Source: Syntrophales bacterium (GTDB lineage: Bacteria > Desulfobacterota > Syntrophia > Syntrophales > UBA4778). From it: 64,000 bases of DNA. Below, piece by piece: positions 27,714 through 37,844 of this stretch; position 1 is the stretch's first letter; every line of letters starts with the position of its first letter. A program made the position numbers and the translations under genes. The notes below the pieces were generated by a model. It saw only the letters and a program-made list of their open reading frames with translations, made no database searches and was not told the origin of the DNA. The stretch is taken from positions 124,001-188,000 of the forward strand of contig CAXXQE010000006.1 in NCBI GenBank assembly GCA_963665615.2, written 5' to 3'.

Positions 27714-28916
27714 CTATATTCTCTCAAAAATCGTCGAAATGCCCTGACCACCGCCAATGCAAATGGTGACCAATGCATACCGGCCGTTGCGACGATGCAG
27801 CTCTTTCAGGGCACCGATCGTCAAACGGCCACCGCTCATGCCGTTCGGATGACCGAAGGCGATCGCGCCACCATTGGGGTTCCATCTCTCGGGGATCACC
27901 TTGTGCCCCTGATTGGCCAGTTCCTTCATGACGGCGAGCGCCTGTGAAGCAAAGGCCTCGTTACACTCAATCACGTCCATGTCCTCCAGTTTGAGGCCGG
28001 CGCGCTGAAGGGCTTTCGGGGTCGCGAAGGCCGGACCGATGCCCATGTACTTCGGCTCCACACCAGCCAGCGCACAGGCAACAAAGCGTGCCAGCGGCTT
28101 CAGGCCGAGTTCTTTACACTTCTCTGATGACATCACCAGAACGGCGACACCGCCGTCATTCATGCCGGAGGAGTTTCCGGCTGTAACTGTACCGCCCTTC
28201 ATGAAGGCCGGTTTCAGCGCTGCCAGTTTCTCGGCAGATGTGCCGCGATTTGGATGCTCATCCGTATCGAACATGATCGGATCGCCCTTCTTCTGGGGAA
28301 CAGGAACCGGAATGATCTCCTCCTTGAAGTAGCCGGCGTCGATGGCCTTGAGGGCCAGTTGCTGGCTGCGCAGTCCGAATGCATCCTGCTCTTCCCGTGT
28401 CACGTTCCATTTTTCGGCCATGCCCTCGGCGATGATGCCCATCGCAGCGTTGGTTTCCGCATCCGGACCCGTTCCTCGGGTAATCCAGGCAGGGGGCGCC
28501 AACGAGAAGGGCTTCTCCTGACGCTCCATCAGATACGGTTGACGGCTCCAGCACTCGCAACCACCGGCGATATAAACATCGCCATGACCTGCCTGGATCA
28601 GGGCCGCAGCGCTGTTGACAGTCTGCAGGGACGAGCCACACTGTCTTTCCACAGTCTGGCCCGGTATGCTCACAGGAAACCCCGCCTTCAAGAGCGCCCA
28701 CCGGGCAATATTCACGGCAGCGTTATTCGTGCAGGCGTGTCCAATCAGGACATCATCAACAATTGCCGGATCAATTTTCGTCTTCTCTATCAGGCCCTTC
28801 AGCGCAATTGCGGCCAACTCTTCAGGACGATAACTGGAAAGAGAACCTCCCATTTTCCCAATCGCCGTTCTGACGCCATCTACTATTACAACTTCTCTCA
28901 TTTTGTTATCGCACAT
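27714..28916 (-). CDS. acetyl-CoA C-acyltransferase (canonical thiolase)
   Basis: RQCGSS, NEAFA, GGAIAFGHP, CIGGGQG. Confidence 0.95.
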   Translation of the reverse strand: MCDNKMREVVIVDGVRTAIGKMGGSLSSYRPEELAAIALKGLIEKTKIDPAIVDDVLIGHACTNNAAVNIARWALLKAGFPVSIPGQTVERQCGSSLQTVNSAAALIQAGHGDVYIAGGCECWSRQPYLMERQEKPFSLAPPAWITRGTGPDAETNAAMGIIAEGMAEKWNVTREEQDAFGLRSQQLALKAIDAGYFKEEIIPVPVPQKKGDPIMFDTDEHPNRGTSAEKLAALKPAFMKGGTVTAGNSSGMNDGGVAVLVMSSEKCKELGLKPLARFVACALAGVEPKYMGIGPAFATPKALQRAGLKLEDMDVIECNEAFASQALAVMKELANQGHKVIPERWNPNGGAIAFGHPNGMSGGRLTIGALKELHRRNGRYALVTICIGGGQGISTIFERI

Positions 28917-29000
28917 CGTCGTGACCTCATTTCTTTTTATGTCCGCATCGCATCATCGAAGCGATGCGGAAAGTTGCATTCGCGGTTATCGTTTCTCAAT

Positions 29001-29888
29001 TTAGAATATCTTGAAGGATTTCCTGGTTCCGTCGGGAAGATAATCATAGAAGCCCTTGCCGTTCTTTCTTCCGAGACGGCCCGCTTCCAGCATCTTGCGG
29101 TAAAGAATGTTGAGTTTGTCTTCGTCCTTGAGGGTATAGGCGTACTTGCCGTCCTGCCCCATCTGAATGACGTCGAATCCGCCGAAGTCCGCCAATTCAC
29201 ATGGTCCCATGGGCCAGTTGCACCCAAGTTTCATGGCGTTGTCGATATCTTCCGCAGTGGCTGCTCCCTCCAGCACCATCTGCGCAGCTTCCATATAGAG
29301 CAGTCCCAACAGGCGATTCACAATGAAACCAGGCAGGTCTTTCGTCTTGACCGTTGTCTTTCCCATCTTCGCGCAGACTTCCTGTGCGATTTCGACAGTA
29401 GAATCCGCGACACCGATCGGCAGAATCACTTCAACCAGCTTCATGACCGCAGCGGGATTGAAGAAATGCAGACCAATACACTTGTCCGTGCGCCCCGTAG
29501 CGCCCGCGATGGCGGTTACGGCCAGAACGGAGGTGTTGGAAGCCAGGATGGTTTCCGGCTTACAGATCTTGTCAAGCTCGGCAAAGGTTTTCTTCTTCAG
29601 CTCCATATCTTCCGGAATGGCTTCAATCACCATATCTGCCTCTTTGGCTGCCTCGGCCAGAACGGTCGATGTTTTGAGTTTCGCCAATCTTTTGTCAAAA
29701 TCTTCCGGGGTCAGCTTCCCCTTCTCCACCAGCTTGCCATAGCTCTTCTTGATTCGCTCGATACCGGCATCCACAAACTTTTGATCGATATCATACAGAA
29801 CGACATCGAACCCACCGTTGATCGCTGCCATAGCGATCCCATGCCCCATCGTTCCAGCACCTAATACGGTAATTTTTTCGACTGCCAT
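29001..29888 (-). CDS. 3-hydroxyacyl-CoA dehydrogenase
   Basis: GAGTMG, EAIPE, ASNTS, GLHFFNP, PGFIVNR, GRKNGKGFY. Confidence 0.95.
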   Translation of the reverse strand: MAVEKITVLGAGTMGHGIAMAAINGGFDVVLYDIDQKFVDAGIERIKKSYGKLVEKGKLTPEDFDKRLAKLKTSTVLAEAAKEADMVIEAIPEDMELKKKTFAELDKICKPETILASNTSVLAVTAIAGATGRTDKCIGLHFFNPAAVMKLVEVILPIGVADSTVEIAQEVCAKMGKTTVKTKDLPGFIVNRLLGLLYMEAAQMVLEGAATAEDIDNAMKLGCNWPMGPCELADFGGFDVIQMGQDGKYAYTLKDEDKLNILYRKMLEAGRLGRKNGKGFYDYLPDGTRKSFKIF

Positions 29889-30078
29889 TTTATTTTCTCC
29901 TTTGCATGTTGTTTTATGCTCTTTTATTCTCTCAAATAAACCACGACATAGACTCTTTTCACTGCCACTGCATCTGCCTCGCCAAGCGACAAGTCATTCC
30001 CCAAATCCTTGAGAAGCGACCAGACCGTTTCGACTCCTGACCATAAAGCCGGACCGTATTCGCTCTGAGATTCTCTCA

Positions 30079-30723
30079 CTATGAGCACGCGCGAAGCTGT
30101 CTGGCTTCGAGATGCCCCGCGCGGATCTCTTCACAGAGCGTTGGGATATCGTGGACAGACTGCGCAAAAACGGTGCGGCAACAACCGACTGCGCCTAGTT
30201 CATGCGCGTCACTGCAACCGATTCCGGCGACCCGCAACTGCTCGGCAGCTCGTCTTGCCAGCAACCTGCCCTCCACGTCGTAGTCGGGATGTTCTACCTC
30301 CAAGCCATCGATGGCTGTATCGTAGATTTCATTCCCTGCGCCATAAAACCCGACGCCGTCGTCACGCTTCTTATACGGATGCGCGGCAATCACCACCCCG
30401 CCGGCCCCGTGAACCAATTCCAGCACGCTCTCGAGCGTGTGACTGGACCCCAGACTTTTCGAATAACCGAAGACCAGAAACTCGCCCTGAAACCGCCCGG
30501 TCGTCGAGTAGCAGGCGACCTCCTGCCCCGGAAGAACAATCAGATTCTTCACACCACTCTTCCGGATAAGACATGCGATGTCTTCTTCCGACCAGCGTAT
30601 TCCATGATCCGTCAGGGCAATGCCGTCGAGTCTCACTGACTCGGCCTTTTTCAGGAGTTGCTCAGCATCAATCGTGCTGCATCCAGAATAACGGCTCGTG
30701 TGAATATGCAGGTCGAACTCCAC
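30079..30723 (-). CDS. PHP-domain metallo-phosphoesterase
   Basis: DLHIHT, ALTDH, AAHP, SDAH. Confidence 0.85.
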   Translation of the reverse strand: MEFDLHIHTSRYSGCSTIDAEQLLKKAESVRLDGIALTDHGIRWSEEDIACLIRKSGVKNLIVLPGQEVACYSTTGRFQGEFLVFGYSKSLGSSHTLESVLELVHGAGGVVIAAHPYKKRDDGVGFYGAGNEIYDTAIDGLEVEHPDYDVEGRLLARRAAEQLRVAGIGCSDAHELGAVGCCRTVFAQSVHDIPTLCEEIRAGHLEARQLRACS

Positions 30724-31866
30724 TTACTTCAGCCCCAACCGCTTGCTGATGACCTCATTCATGATCTCGTAGGTTCCGCCGCCGATCGAGAAGAGACGCG
30801 TGTCACGGTAGAGACGCTCGACCATGTATTCGCTGCAGTAACCGTAGCCGCCATGAATCTGAACAGCATCATAGACAACCTTGTCGCAGGCCTTTGTCGC
30901 AAAGTTTTTTGCCATGCAGATTTCCTTGTGCGCATCGACACCCGCAACGACCTTTTCAGCGCAGGCGTAATTGAACGCCTTGGATGCCTCCACCAAAGTC
31001 GCCATCTCGGCCAGCTTGTGACGCGTAACCTGAAAACCGGTCAACGGCTGGCCGAAGGCCTCGCGTTCCCGGGCGTATTTAATCGACAGTTCCAGAGCAT
31101 ACTCGGCGCACGTATGGGCCTGAACGGCAAGGGCCAGGCGTTCCTTCTGGAAGTTCACCATGAAATAGGGGAACCCTTTGTTCTCTTCGCCGAGGAGGTT
31201 CTCAACGGGAACCTCGCAGTCCTCGAAGAATAGCTCTGCCGTATCCGAGACCTTCCAGCCCATTTTTTCAATCTTACGAGACACTGAAAAGCCGGGCGTG
31301 CTGGTTGGGATGATCAGGGCGCTGATCCCCGCATGGCCGTGCCCGCCGGTCCGAACAGCTGCGGTGACATAGTCGGCACGGGTCCCCCCTGTGATAAAGG
31401 TTTTGGATCCGTTGACAAGGTAGTAATCCCCCTTGCGCTCGGCGCGCGTCCGCAGGTTGGCCACGTCAGAACCGCCACTCTGCTCCGTTACGCCGAGAAC
31501 AGCAATCTGATCACCGGCCAAAACCGGCGGGATATATTTCTGCTTCTGTTCCTCTGTCCCGAAATAGAGGATCGGTGGCACGGCAATAGCACTGCAGCCT
31601 AAAGTAGAGCTCAATCCCACCGAACCGCACTTCGTTATTTCTTCGGCATAGACAACGACATATGAGAAGTCCACGGGGGTGCCGCCGAACTCTTCCGGAT
31701 AACCTAAGCCTAAGAGTCCTGCATCGCCTGCCTTTTTATAGAGCTCTCTCGGGAATGTTTCTTCTTCCTCCCATTGATCGACATTGGGTGCGATTTCCCG
31801 GGCGATAAACTTCCGTACACTGTCTCTGAACATCTCGTGAGACTCATCAAAAAGCTCCAGTGTCAT
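30724..31866 (-). CDS. acyl-CoA dehydrogenase
   Basis: TEQSGGSD, NGSKTFIT, QIHGGYG, IGGGTYEIM. Confidence 0.95.
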   Translation of the reverse strand: MTLELFDESHEMFRDSVRKFIAREIAPNVDQWEEEETFPRELYKKAGDAGLLGLGYPEEFGGTPVDFSYVVVYAEEITKCGSVGLSSTLGCSAIAVPPILYFGTEEQKQKYIPPVLAGDQIAVLGVTEQSGGSDVANLRTRAERKGDYYLVNGSKTFITGGTRADYVTAAVRTGGHGHAGISALIIPTSTPGFSVSRKIEKMGWKVSDTAELFFEDCEVPVENLLGEENKGFPYFMVNFQKERLALAVQAHTCAEYALELSIKYAREREAFGQPLTGFQVTRHKLAEMATLVEASKAFNYACAEKVVAGVDAHKEICMAKNFATKACDKVVYDAVQIHGGYGYCSEYMVERLYRDTRLFSIGGGTYEIMNEVISKRLGLK

Positions 31867-31912
31867 GGGCGCCTCTTCTCTCTCTGCGAAATCCGGTTTT
31901 CTTATCGAAGAT

Positions 31913-31944
31913 TCGAGCTAGGCAACAGTCGTTGCCTAGCTCGA
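31913..31944 (-). other. intercistronic 14-bp stem-loop
   Basis: TCGAGCTAGGCAAC-AGTC-GTTGCCTAGCTCGA. Confidence 0.55.
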
Positions 31945-32009
31945 TGCAGCCGATAGATGGCTGAATCTCTCCGACTGCTTAAGGAAGCCCTGCTATGCTA
32001 TACCAAGCG

Positions 32010-33812
32010 CTATAACCACTCTTCCTGGATATCCATTGCGGAGGGATCCTGCATCTTGATGGTCCTTGCCCGACCGAAGACCTGGGTGAGGTAATTCGCC
32101 ACATAGAAGCGCACCGTCTGGAGTTTGCCGTTATAGAAATTGGCGTCCGACTCTCCGCAACCGGCATCGAGCTTGCTTTTGGCAATCAAGGACTGTTCAA
32201 GCAGCAGGTGTGCTATTGCCACTTCCGCCACGCAATCCAGAAACCGCGTCGACGTCAGCGGTACGAGATTGGTCTTGCCTTCGCTTTGAACGGTCGCATA
32301 GAACGCCTTCAGTTCCAGAATCGTCTCCAGCGCCTCTGCAAGGATTGCCACATCTTTGGAAATCGTTGCAGTGTCCTTGTTGGCATCAATGAAGGCTTTG
32401 ACCTCGTCAACCCAATCCTGAAAGACCTGACCGCTTTCCATTCTCATCTTGCGACCGATCAGATCGATCGACTGCACGTAGTTCGTCCCGTCCCAGATCG
32501 AGAAAATTTTACAGTCGCGGGTATATTGCTCTGCAGGGTATTCCTTCGTAAATCCGTATCCGCCATAGATCTGAATGCCGTCCCGCCCCATTTCAAAAAT
32601 GCGATCCGAACAATAGGCCTTAACCAGGGGGGTAAAGAGTTCGAGTCGCTGGTTCGCCTTTTTCCTGCCCTCGGGATCGGGATGGGCATGGGCCAGGTCT
32701 TCCATGAAATAAGCCTTATAGGTCAGCGCACGCATCCCTTCGGTCAGGGCCTTCAACCCCATCAGCATTCTTCTCACATCCGCATGCTCAACAATCCGAA
32801 CACGCTTGCCGTCTTTGCTCCCGTAAGGCGTTCCTTGAACGCGTTCTTTGGCATAGGCTAGACAATTGGCATACATATTGGCGCCAAAAGCGGAGGACTC
32901 CAAACCGATAGCCATTCTTGCCAGGTTGACCATCTGGAACATATAGGCAAGCCCCTTGCCCGGTTCGCCAACCAGATATCCCCGACAATTTCCATTATCG
33001 CCGAAATTCATGGCACAGGTAGCGGATCCGCAAAGCCCCATTTTGTGTTCAACACCGATGCAGGTCACATCATTCGGTTCACCCAGGCTGCCGTCATCAT
33101 TCACCCAGATTTTTGGAACCGCAAAGAGGGAAACGCCTTTCGCACCCTCGGGTGCACCTTCGATCCTGGCGATGACCAAGTGAATAATGTTCTCCACCAA
33201 GTCGTGCTCGCCGGAGGTAATGAAGATCTTGTTGCCCTGAATTTTGTAAGTATCGCCGTTGGGAATGGCCTTGACGGAAACCAGATGCGCATCCGAACCG
33301 ACCGCCGGTTCCGTCAGACACATCCCACCGCACCAAGTTCCGTCATACATTTTCTCCAGATAGAGATCCTTCAGCTTTTGAGAGCCGTAACTCTCGATCA
33401 TGCGTCCGTTGCTCGGCCCCATGGCGGCATAGGTCAGGAAAGTAAAATTGGCCGACTGCATAAATTCGGTGGCGGCTTCGGCAATTAAAATCGGCAAACC
33501 CTGACCGCCATACTCCGGATTCATCATCAGTCCGACCCAGCCGCCTTCCTTGAATTTCTCCCATGCACGATGGAAGCTCTCTGGAACGTGGACCTTGCCT
33601 TTATCAAAATGCGCGCCTTCCCGATCTCCGTCCTGGAAGGTTGGCGCGATGACGCCGGCCGCCAGTCTTTGAGCCTCATTAAGGATCATATCGAAGTCTT
33701 CTATTGAAAAAGCGCTGTATGCCTCACACTCAAGCAGTTTCTCCACACCAAGATGCTCTTTCAGTACGAATTTGACATCCCTGTCGTCACGCTTGTAAAA
33801 ATTCTGCCCCAT
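32010..33812 (-). CDS. long-form (600 aa) acyl-CoA dehydrogenase
   Basis: MCLTEP, GNKIFITSGEHD, EHKMG, QIYGGYG, IWDGTN, DLIGRK. Confidence 0.92.
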   Translation of the reverse strand: MGQNFYKRDDRDVKFVLKEHLGVEKLLECEAYSAFSIEDFDMILNEAQRLAAGVIAPTFQDGDREGAHFDKGKVHVPESFHRAWEKFKEGGWVGLMMNPEYGGQGLPILIAEAATEFMQSANFTFLTYAAMGPSNGRMIESYGSQKLKDLYLEKMYDGTWCGGMCLTEPAVGSDAHLVSVKAIPNGDTYKIQGNKIFITSGEHDLVENIIHLVIARIEGAPEGAKGVSLFAVPKIWVNDDGSLGEPNDVTCIGVEHKMGLCGSATCAMNFGDNGNCRGYLVGEPGKGLAYMFQMVNLARMAIGLESSAFGANMYANCLAYAKERVQGTPYGSKDGKRVRIVEHADVRRMLMGLKALTEGMRALTYKAYFMEDLAHAHPDPEGRKKANQRLELFTPLVKAYCSDRIFEMGRDGIQIYGGYGFTKEYPAEQYTRDCKIFSIWDGTNYVQSIDLIGRKMRMESGQVFQDWVDEVKAFIDANKDTATISKDVAILAEALETILELKAFYATVQSEGKTNLVPLTSTRFLDCVAEVAIAHLLLEQSLIAKSKLDAGCGESDANFYNGKLQTVRFYVANYLTQVFGRARTIKMQDPSAMDIQEEWL

Positions 33813-33863
33813 GCTTTTGACTCCTAAGTGATTATTATATTTTTAAAAATACGACGGTAAGCT

Positions 33864-33983
33864 ATTGAAGACTCACCGGAGCAAGCTCCCGAAAATCTCC
33901 TATTTCCCAGTTAGCTGTTTTTTCCTGATTCGCTCGCTACCCCCGCCGCAAGCAGCGGGAAATGGCTCGCTAAAAAATTCAAT
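33864..33983 (+). repeat. ~120-bp two-hairpin miniature element, copy B
   Basis: ATTGAAGACTCACCGGAGCAAGCTC...CCTGATTCGCTCG...CCCGCCGCAAGCAGCGGG...TTCAAT. Confidence 0.75.
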
Positions 33984-34396
33984 GATCCCCTTTAGCAGGA
34001 TATATAATCCTGATATTTTGGCCCTTTGTGTTCCTGCATAAGATAAAATGCCGGATTTTTGTATCAATGCCGCCATAAAGGAAAAATAATGGCATTGCGA
34101 AAAGATGTCATAAAGTTCTTGATACTCCGCACTGCATGAAGGAGACGTCCTGGGAGGGTTCATATGAGCCTTGATGAGTTTGTGCTATTCCGGCATCAAC
34201 AATAAATCATATAGAATACGCACTCATCTTTATTAAAATACTGGCAAAGTGCCCGGCATTGAACTCCGAATTCTTTAGATCAATCAATAAGCTCAATTGA
34301 TAATTTCCTTTATCCGCAACGATTTTAACGACTTCTCCTTGCAATCTCGCTTTAGAGCTTTATGCTAACCAGCCTGATGCATGTTTTAATATGTGT

Positions 34397-34412
34397 TGCA
34401 AATCTCCGGCCA
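34397..34412 (-). promoter_or_regulatory. sigma54 promoter
   Basis: TGGCCGGAGATTTGCA is 15/16 identical to the promoter at 5264..5279. Confidence 0.75.
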
Positions 34413-34485
34413 GACATAAAATATAATCTAACATTCTAATAATATTATGAAATACATGTTTTCATGCGGGACAGGAACAAAACGT

Positions 34486-34521
34486 GGGTCGATATATTAA
34501 CACGTGCCGGCATATCGACTC
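34486..34521. promoter_or_regulatory. tandem degenerate copies of GAGTCGATATATCGACTC (candidate UAS)
   Basis: GGGTCGATATATTAACAC and GTGCCGGCATATCGACTC each match the 5353..5370 core at 14/18. Confidence 0.6.
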
Positions 34522-34859
34522 GTTTGTGAGGAATGGAGTCTAAAAGAGTGACAATTGGCGGAATAAGTTAATTTCATTGCAGGCATTGATAAAAACTGAA
34601 ACCGCTACTCCGGTGCTAATGATACTCCCTGTCTAAAGGCTAGGGGGCTGGGCCTTCACGCACTGCTGGCATTGCCCCCCTTCGCTCCGTAAACCATTAA
34701 TGATTCGATAAAAAGATTGCCAATTGCTAAAATGAATAAATCTATAAAGTTACATGAAACAAACAGGGATTATTTAAAGCAGAGCTATGCGAGAAAGCGA
34801 CGCAAAATGCTATCCACAGCCATTACACTGGTGGAGCGAAAGATAGCCTGTAAAAAGTG

Positions 34860-35020
34860 TGCAAAAAAAGAAATCTCCCAGGAACTTTCTGAGGTTATAG
34901 TCACAGTCGGAGAGAATAGCGTTGACATGATTGCCGTGTTTGTCTTTCAGGTGATTACGCTCCAAGCGCTTATCCGATTTCAGCTGACTGAGGATCGGCT
35001 CGATAACGGCACGACTCGTC
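34860..35020 (-). pseudogene. IS5-family DDE transposase C-terminal relic
   Basis: Hand translation RAVIEPILSQLKSDKRLERNHLKDKHGNHVNAILSDCDYNLRKFL resembles the IS5 R-x-x-IEP...K-x-D...RN-x-LKG...N motif. Confidence 0.7.
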
Positions 35021-35314
35021 CCAAATAACTAGTGCAGGTCACACGACAGTGGTGAAGGCTGCAATAGAAGCTGCATCTGATGTTTTGATTCTTTTGATCT
35101 TGATCTATTTGAAATTAATTAAGATTTATTCAAGGAGCGTCAATTTATCTGGCGTCATCAGTCATTGCTTCATTATTTAATATCACTAATTATATAAATG
35201 ACGTGCCTCATTGCGGTAGTCGTGGACGCGGTGGTTTATAGGGTCGTGCCATCCGCCGTTTTCTTGTGGGGGCATTATTTGTATAACATCTTGTTACAAT
35301 TTTATTTTTCACAT

Positions 35315-35344
35315 AAAAAAAGGCTACGGAATAATCCGTAACCT
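35315..35344 (-). terminator. rho-independent terminator of tRNA-Pro
   Basis: AGGUUACGGA-UUAU-UCCGUAGCCU followed by a U-run. Confidence 0.8.
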
Positions 35345-35355
35345 ATTGATTTCAA

Positions 35356-35432
<77 letters not shown>

Positions 35433-35489
35433 ACAAGGGGTGAACCTACCATCTCATAACAAAGGTGTCAAGTGCTACATGGCTTCTAA

Positions 35490-36350
35490 CTAGCGGAAAA
35501 AACAGTCCGCCAGCATATTCGCAAGCCGCCCGAATTCTTCAGCCGTCAGGGTCTCGCCGCGTCTAGCGCCGTCGATGTTGGCCCGTGCCAGGATTGAATC
35601 CAGATTGGACCCGACAGGAAGCAGTCCGGGGGCGGCTTTGAGGTTGTTTGTCAGGGTCTTGCGCCGCATCGCGAAAGCGGCCTTGACGAGCTTGAAAAAA
35701 AGGCCCGCATCGCGCAGCTCGACGAGCAGACGGGGGCGAAAGGCAATCCGGATCACCACTGAATCCACCTTCGGGACAGGTCGGAAACAGCTCGCCGGCA
35801 CATCGATCTCCCGCGACACCTCTGCGAACATCGCGGTCAGAACGGACGGAATGCCGTAGGCCTTGCTCCCCGGCTCAGCCACGATCCGATCTCCTACCTC
35901 TTTTTGAATCATGAGAATCGCCTCCGAGATAATAGCCCTGTGCTCAATCAGCTGAAAGAGGATCTGTGTCGAGATGTTATAGGGAATATTGCCGACGACC
36001 TTCAACCGGATACCCTCTGCTCCTTTCGAGTCAAGGGCTGTGTTGAAGTCATACCGGAGGATATCAGTTTGGACGATCTCGAGATTAGTGCAATCCTTTA
36101 ATTCTTCGTGAAGGATCTGGATCATCTGCGGATCAAGGTCCAGCGCAATGACGCGCCGGGCTTGCGCTGCGATCAGTGCCGTCATGACCCCGATACCCGC
36201 CCCGATTTCCACCACTGTCTCGTCGGGTCGGATGCGTGCGCTCTGAACGATCTTGCCGATGATGTTCGGATCAATCAGAAAACACTGCCCCAGCCGCTTC
36301 CGAGGGCGAACATCATATTTTCGGAGCAGATCGCTCGCAGTAGGAGGCAT
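35490..36350 (-). CDS. rsmA: 16S rRNA m6,2A dimethyltransferase
   Basis: [38 protein letters not shown]. Confidence 0.95.
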   Translation of the reverse strand: MPPTASDLLRKYDVRPRKRLGQCFLIDPNIIGKIVQSARIRPDETVVEIGAGIGVMTALIAAQARRVIALDLDPQMIQILHEELKDCTNLEIVQTDILRYDFNTALDSKGAEGIRLKVVGNIPYNISTQILFQLIEHRAIISEAILMIQKEVGDRIVAEPGSKAYGIPSVLTAMFAEVSREIDVPASCFRPVPKVDSVVIRIAFRPRLLVELRDAGLFFKLVKAAFAMRRKTLTNNLKAAPGLLPVGSNLDSILARANIDGARRGETLTAEEFGRLANMLADCFFR

Positions 36351-36798
36351 GGGCTTTCTTCCTTCTGACGGTCATGACGGCTCGGTACGTTAAATAGTAG
36401 GCAGGTATGGCGAAAAACGGCGCCAGGATCAGGCCGCCTAATTGAAGAGGAATGAGAATCTTCCAGCCCGCATGCAAGAGTTGCTCGAACCGATAACCAT
36501 TCTCCAACAGGACCGCGTGATCTATTCGGAGGATCAGACAGCCAAGCTCGTATTGCGCCCAGTAGAAGAAGGCAACCGTCAACGGATTGCTAATCCAGGT
36601 GCCCAGCAGCGCGGCTGCGAGGTTCTGGCGGGAGATGAGAATACACAACATCACCAGCCCGGTATGCAAGGGAATCGTCGGTGTGACGCCGATAAACACG
36701 CCGATAGCCATCCCCATTGCGATCTTGCGCGGATCGCCTTTTAGGCTGATAAAAACCCGATAAAACTTTCGGATCCTCATCTTGATGCGGTTTCGCAT
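36313..36798 (-). CDS. DUF2062 family membrane protein
   Basis: PRKIAMGMAIGVFIGVTP, WISNPLT; start reassigned. Confidence 0.8.
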   Translation of the reverse strand: MRNRIKMRIRKFYRVFISLKGDPRKIAMGMAIGVFIGVTPTIPLHTGLVMLCILISRQNLAAALLGTWISNPLTVAFFYWAQYELGCLILRIDHAVLLENGYRFEQLLHAGWKILIPLQLGGLILAPFFAIPAYYLTYRAVMTVRRKKAHASYCERSAPKI

Positions 36799-36821
36799 TC
36801 GTCCAAATACCCCAAGCTCAA

Positions 36822-37829
36822 TTAGCAGCACGTCGATGCCGGCCAACGCGAGACGGCATTCAGGTCGTAATCGTCCCGTCTGCCCTGTTCCAGCAAATGA
36901 TCGCCGACCACGGCGATCATGGCGGCATTGTCCGTACACAGCACAATCGGGGGAATGAATACGTCAATGCCCTTCTCCCGACCGGCCTCTTGCATTTTCT
37001 GGCGCAGTCTGCTGTTGGCGGCCACGCCACCCACGACGGCAATCCGGTGGACACCGCGTTCGTCAGCGGCTCGCGTGGTTTTTTCGACCAGCACATCGAC
37101 AATGGCCTCCTGATAGGAGGCCACGATATCGGGAATTTCTTCGGGGGCGATCGGGGTCTCGCGTTTTTTCGTATACGTCAGCAAAGAGGTCTTCAGGCCG
37201 CTGAAGCTGAAATCCATGCTGTCCTTCATAGAGCGCGGAAAACGGATGCACTGGGGATCGCCTTGCTTGGCCAGTCGATCGATCACAACACCTCCAGGAT
37301 AGCCGATATCCAGAAGCTTAGCGGCTTTGTCGAAGGCCTCCCCCGCCGCATCATCGCGGGTCTGGCTTAGAAGCTGAAAAGACTGTAGACTCTCGACCTG
37401 ATAAATGCTGGTATGACCTCCGGAAACCACCAGGGCGATAAAGGGGAAGCTCGGGGCCGGTTCGTTCAGAAAAACCGCAGCAATGTGCCCTTCCAGGTGA
37501 TTGACTCCGACAAAGGGAATTTTGCGGGCCATGGCCATCGCCTTGGCGAAGGAGAGTCCGACCAGCAACGAACCGATCAATCCCGGCCCCCGCGTCACCG
37601 CAACCCCTTCGATCTGCTCTAATCCGACGCCGGCATTTTCCAGCGCCTGCATGACGACAGGCGCAATCGCCTCAATGTGCTTTCGTGAGGCAATTTCGGG
37701 AACAACCCCGCCGAATTTGCTGTGAACATCGATCTGCGAGGAAATGATATTCGACAGCAGCACGCGACCGTCCCGAACGACGGCGGCGGCAGTCTCATCG
37801 CAGGATGATTCGATGGCTAGAACGAGCAT
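36822..37829 (-). CDS. tsaD: tRNA N6-adenosine threonylcarbamoyltransferase
   Basis: IESSCDET, GGVVPEIASRKH, HLEGH, VSGGHT, DDAAGEAFDK, CTDNAAMI. Confidence 0.97.
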   Translation of the reverse strand: MLVLAIESSCDETAAAVVRDGRVLLSNIISSQIDVHSKFGGVVPEIASRKHIEAIAPVVMQALENAGVGLEQIEGVAVTRGPGLIGSLLVGLSFAKAMAMARKIPFVGVNHLEGHIAAVFLNEPAPSFPFIALVVSGGHTSIYQVESLQSFQLLSQTRDDAAGEAFDKAAKLLDIGYPGGVVIDRLAKQGDPQCIRFPRSMKDSMDFSFSGLKTSLLTYTKKRETPIAPEEIPDIVASYQEAIVDVLVEKTTRAADERGVHRIAVVGGVAANSRLRQKMQEAGREKGIDVFIPPIVLCTDNAAMIAVVGDHLLEQGRRDDYDLNAVSRWPASTCC

Positions 37830-37844
37830 AAAATCACTGTCCCG

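Noticed and set aside
28254..29864. 536-aa plus-strand ORF
   Set aside because: Antisense shadow of the thiolase and hydroxyacyl-CoA dehydrogenase genes; no motifs
34717..35028. 103-aa plus-strand ORF
   Set aside because: Largely antisense to the IS5 transposase relic
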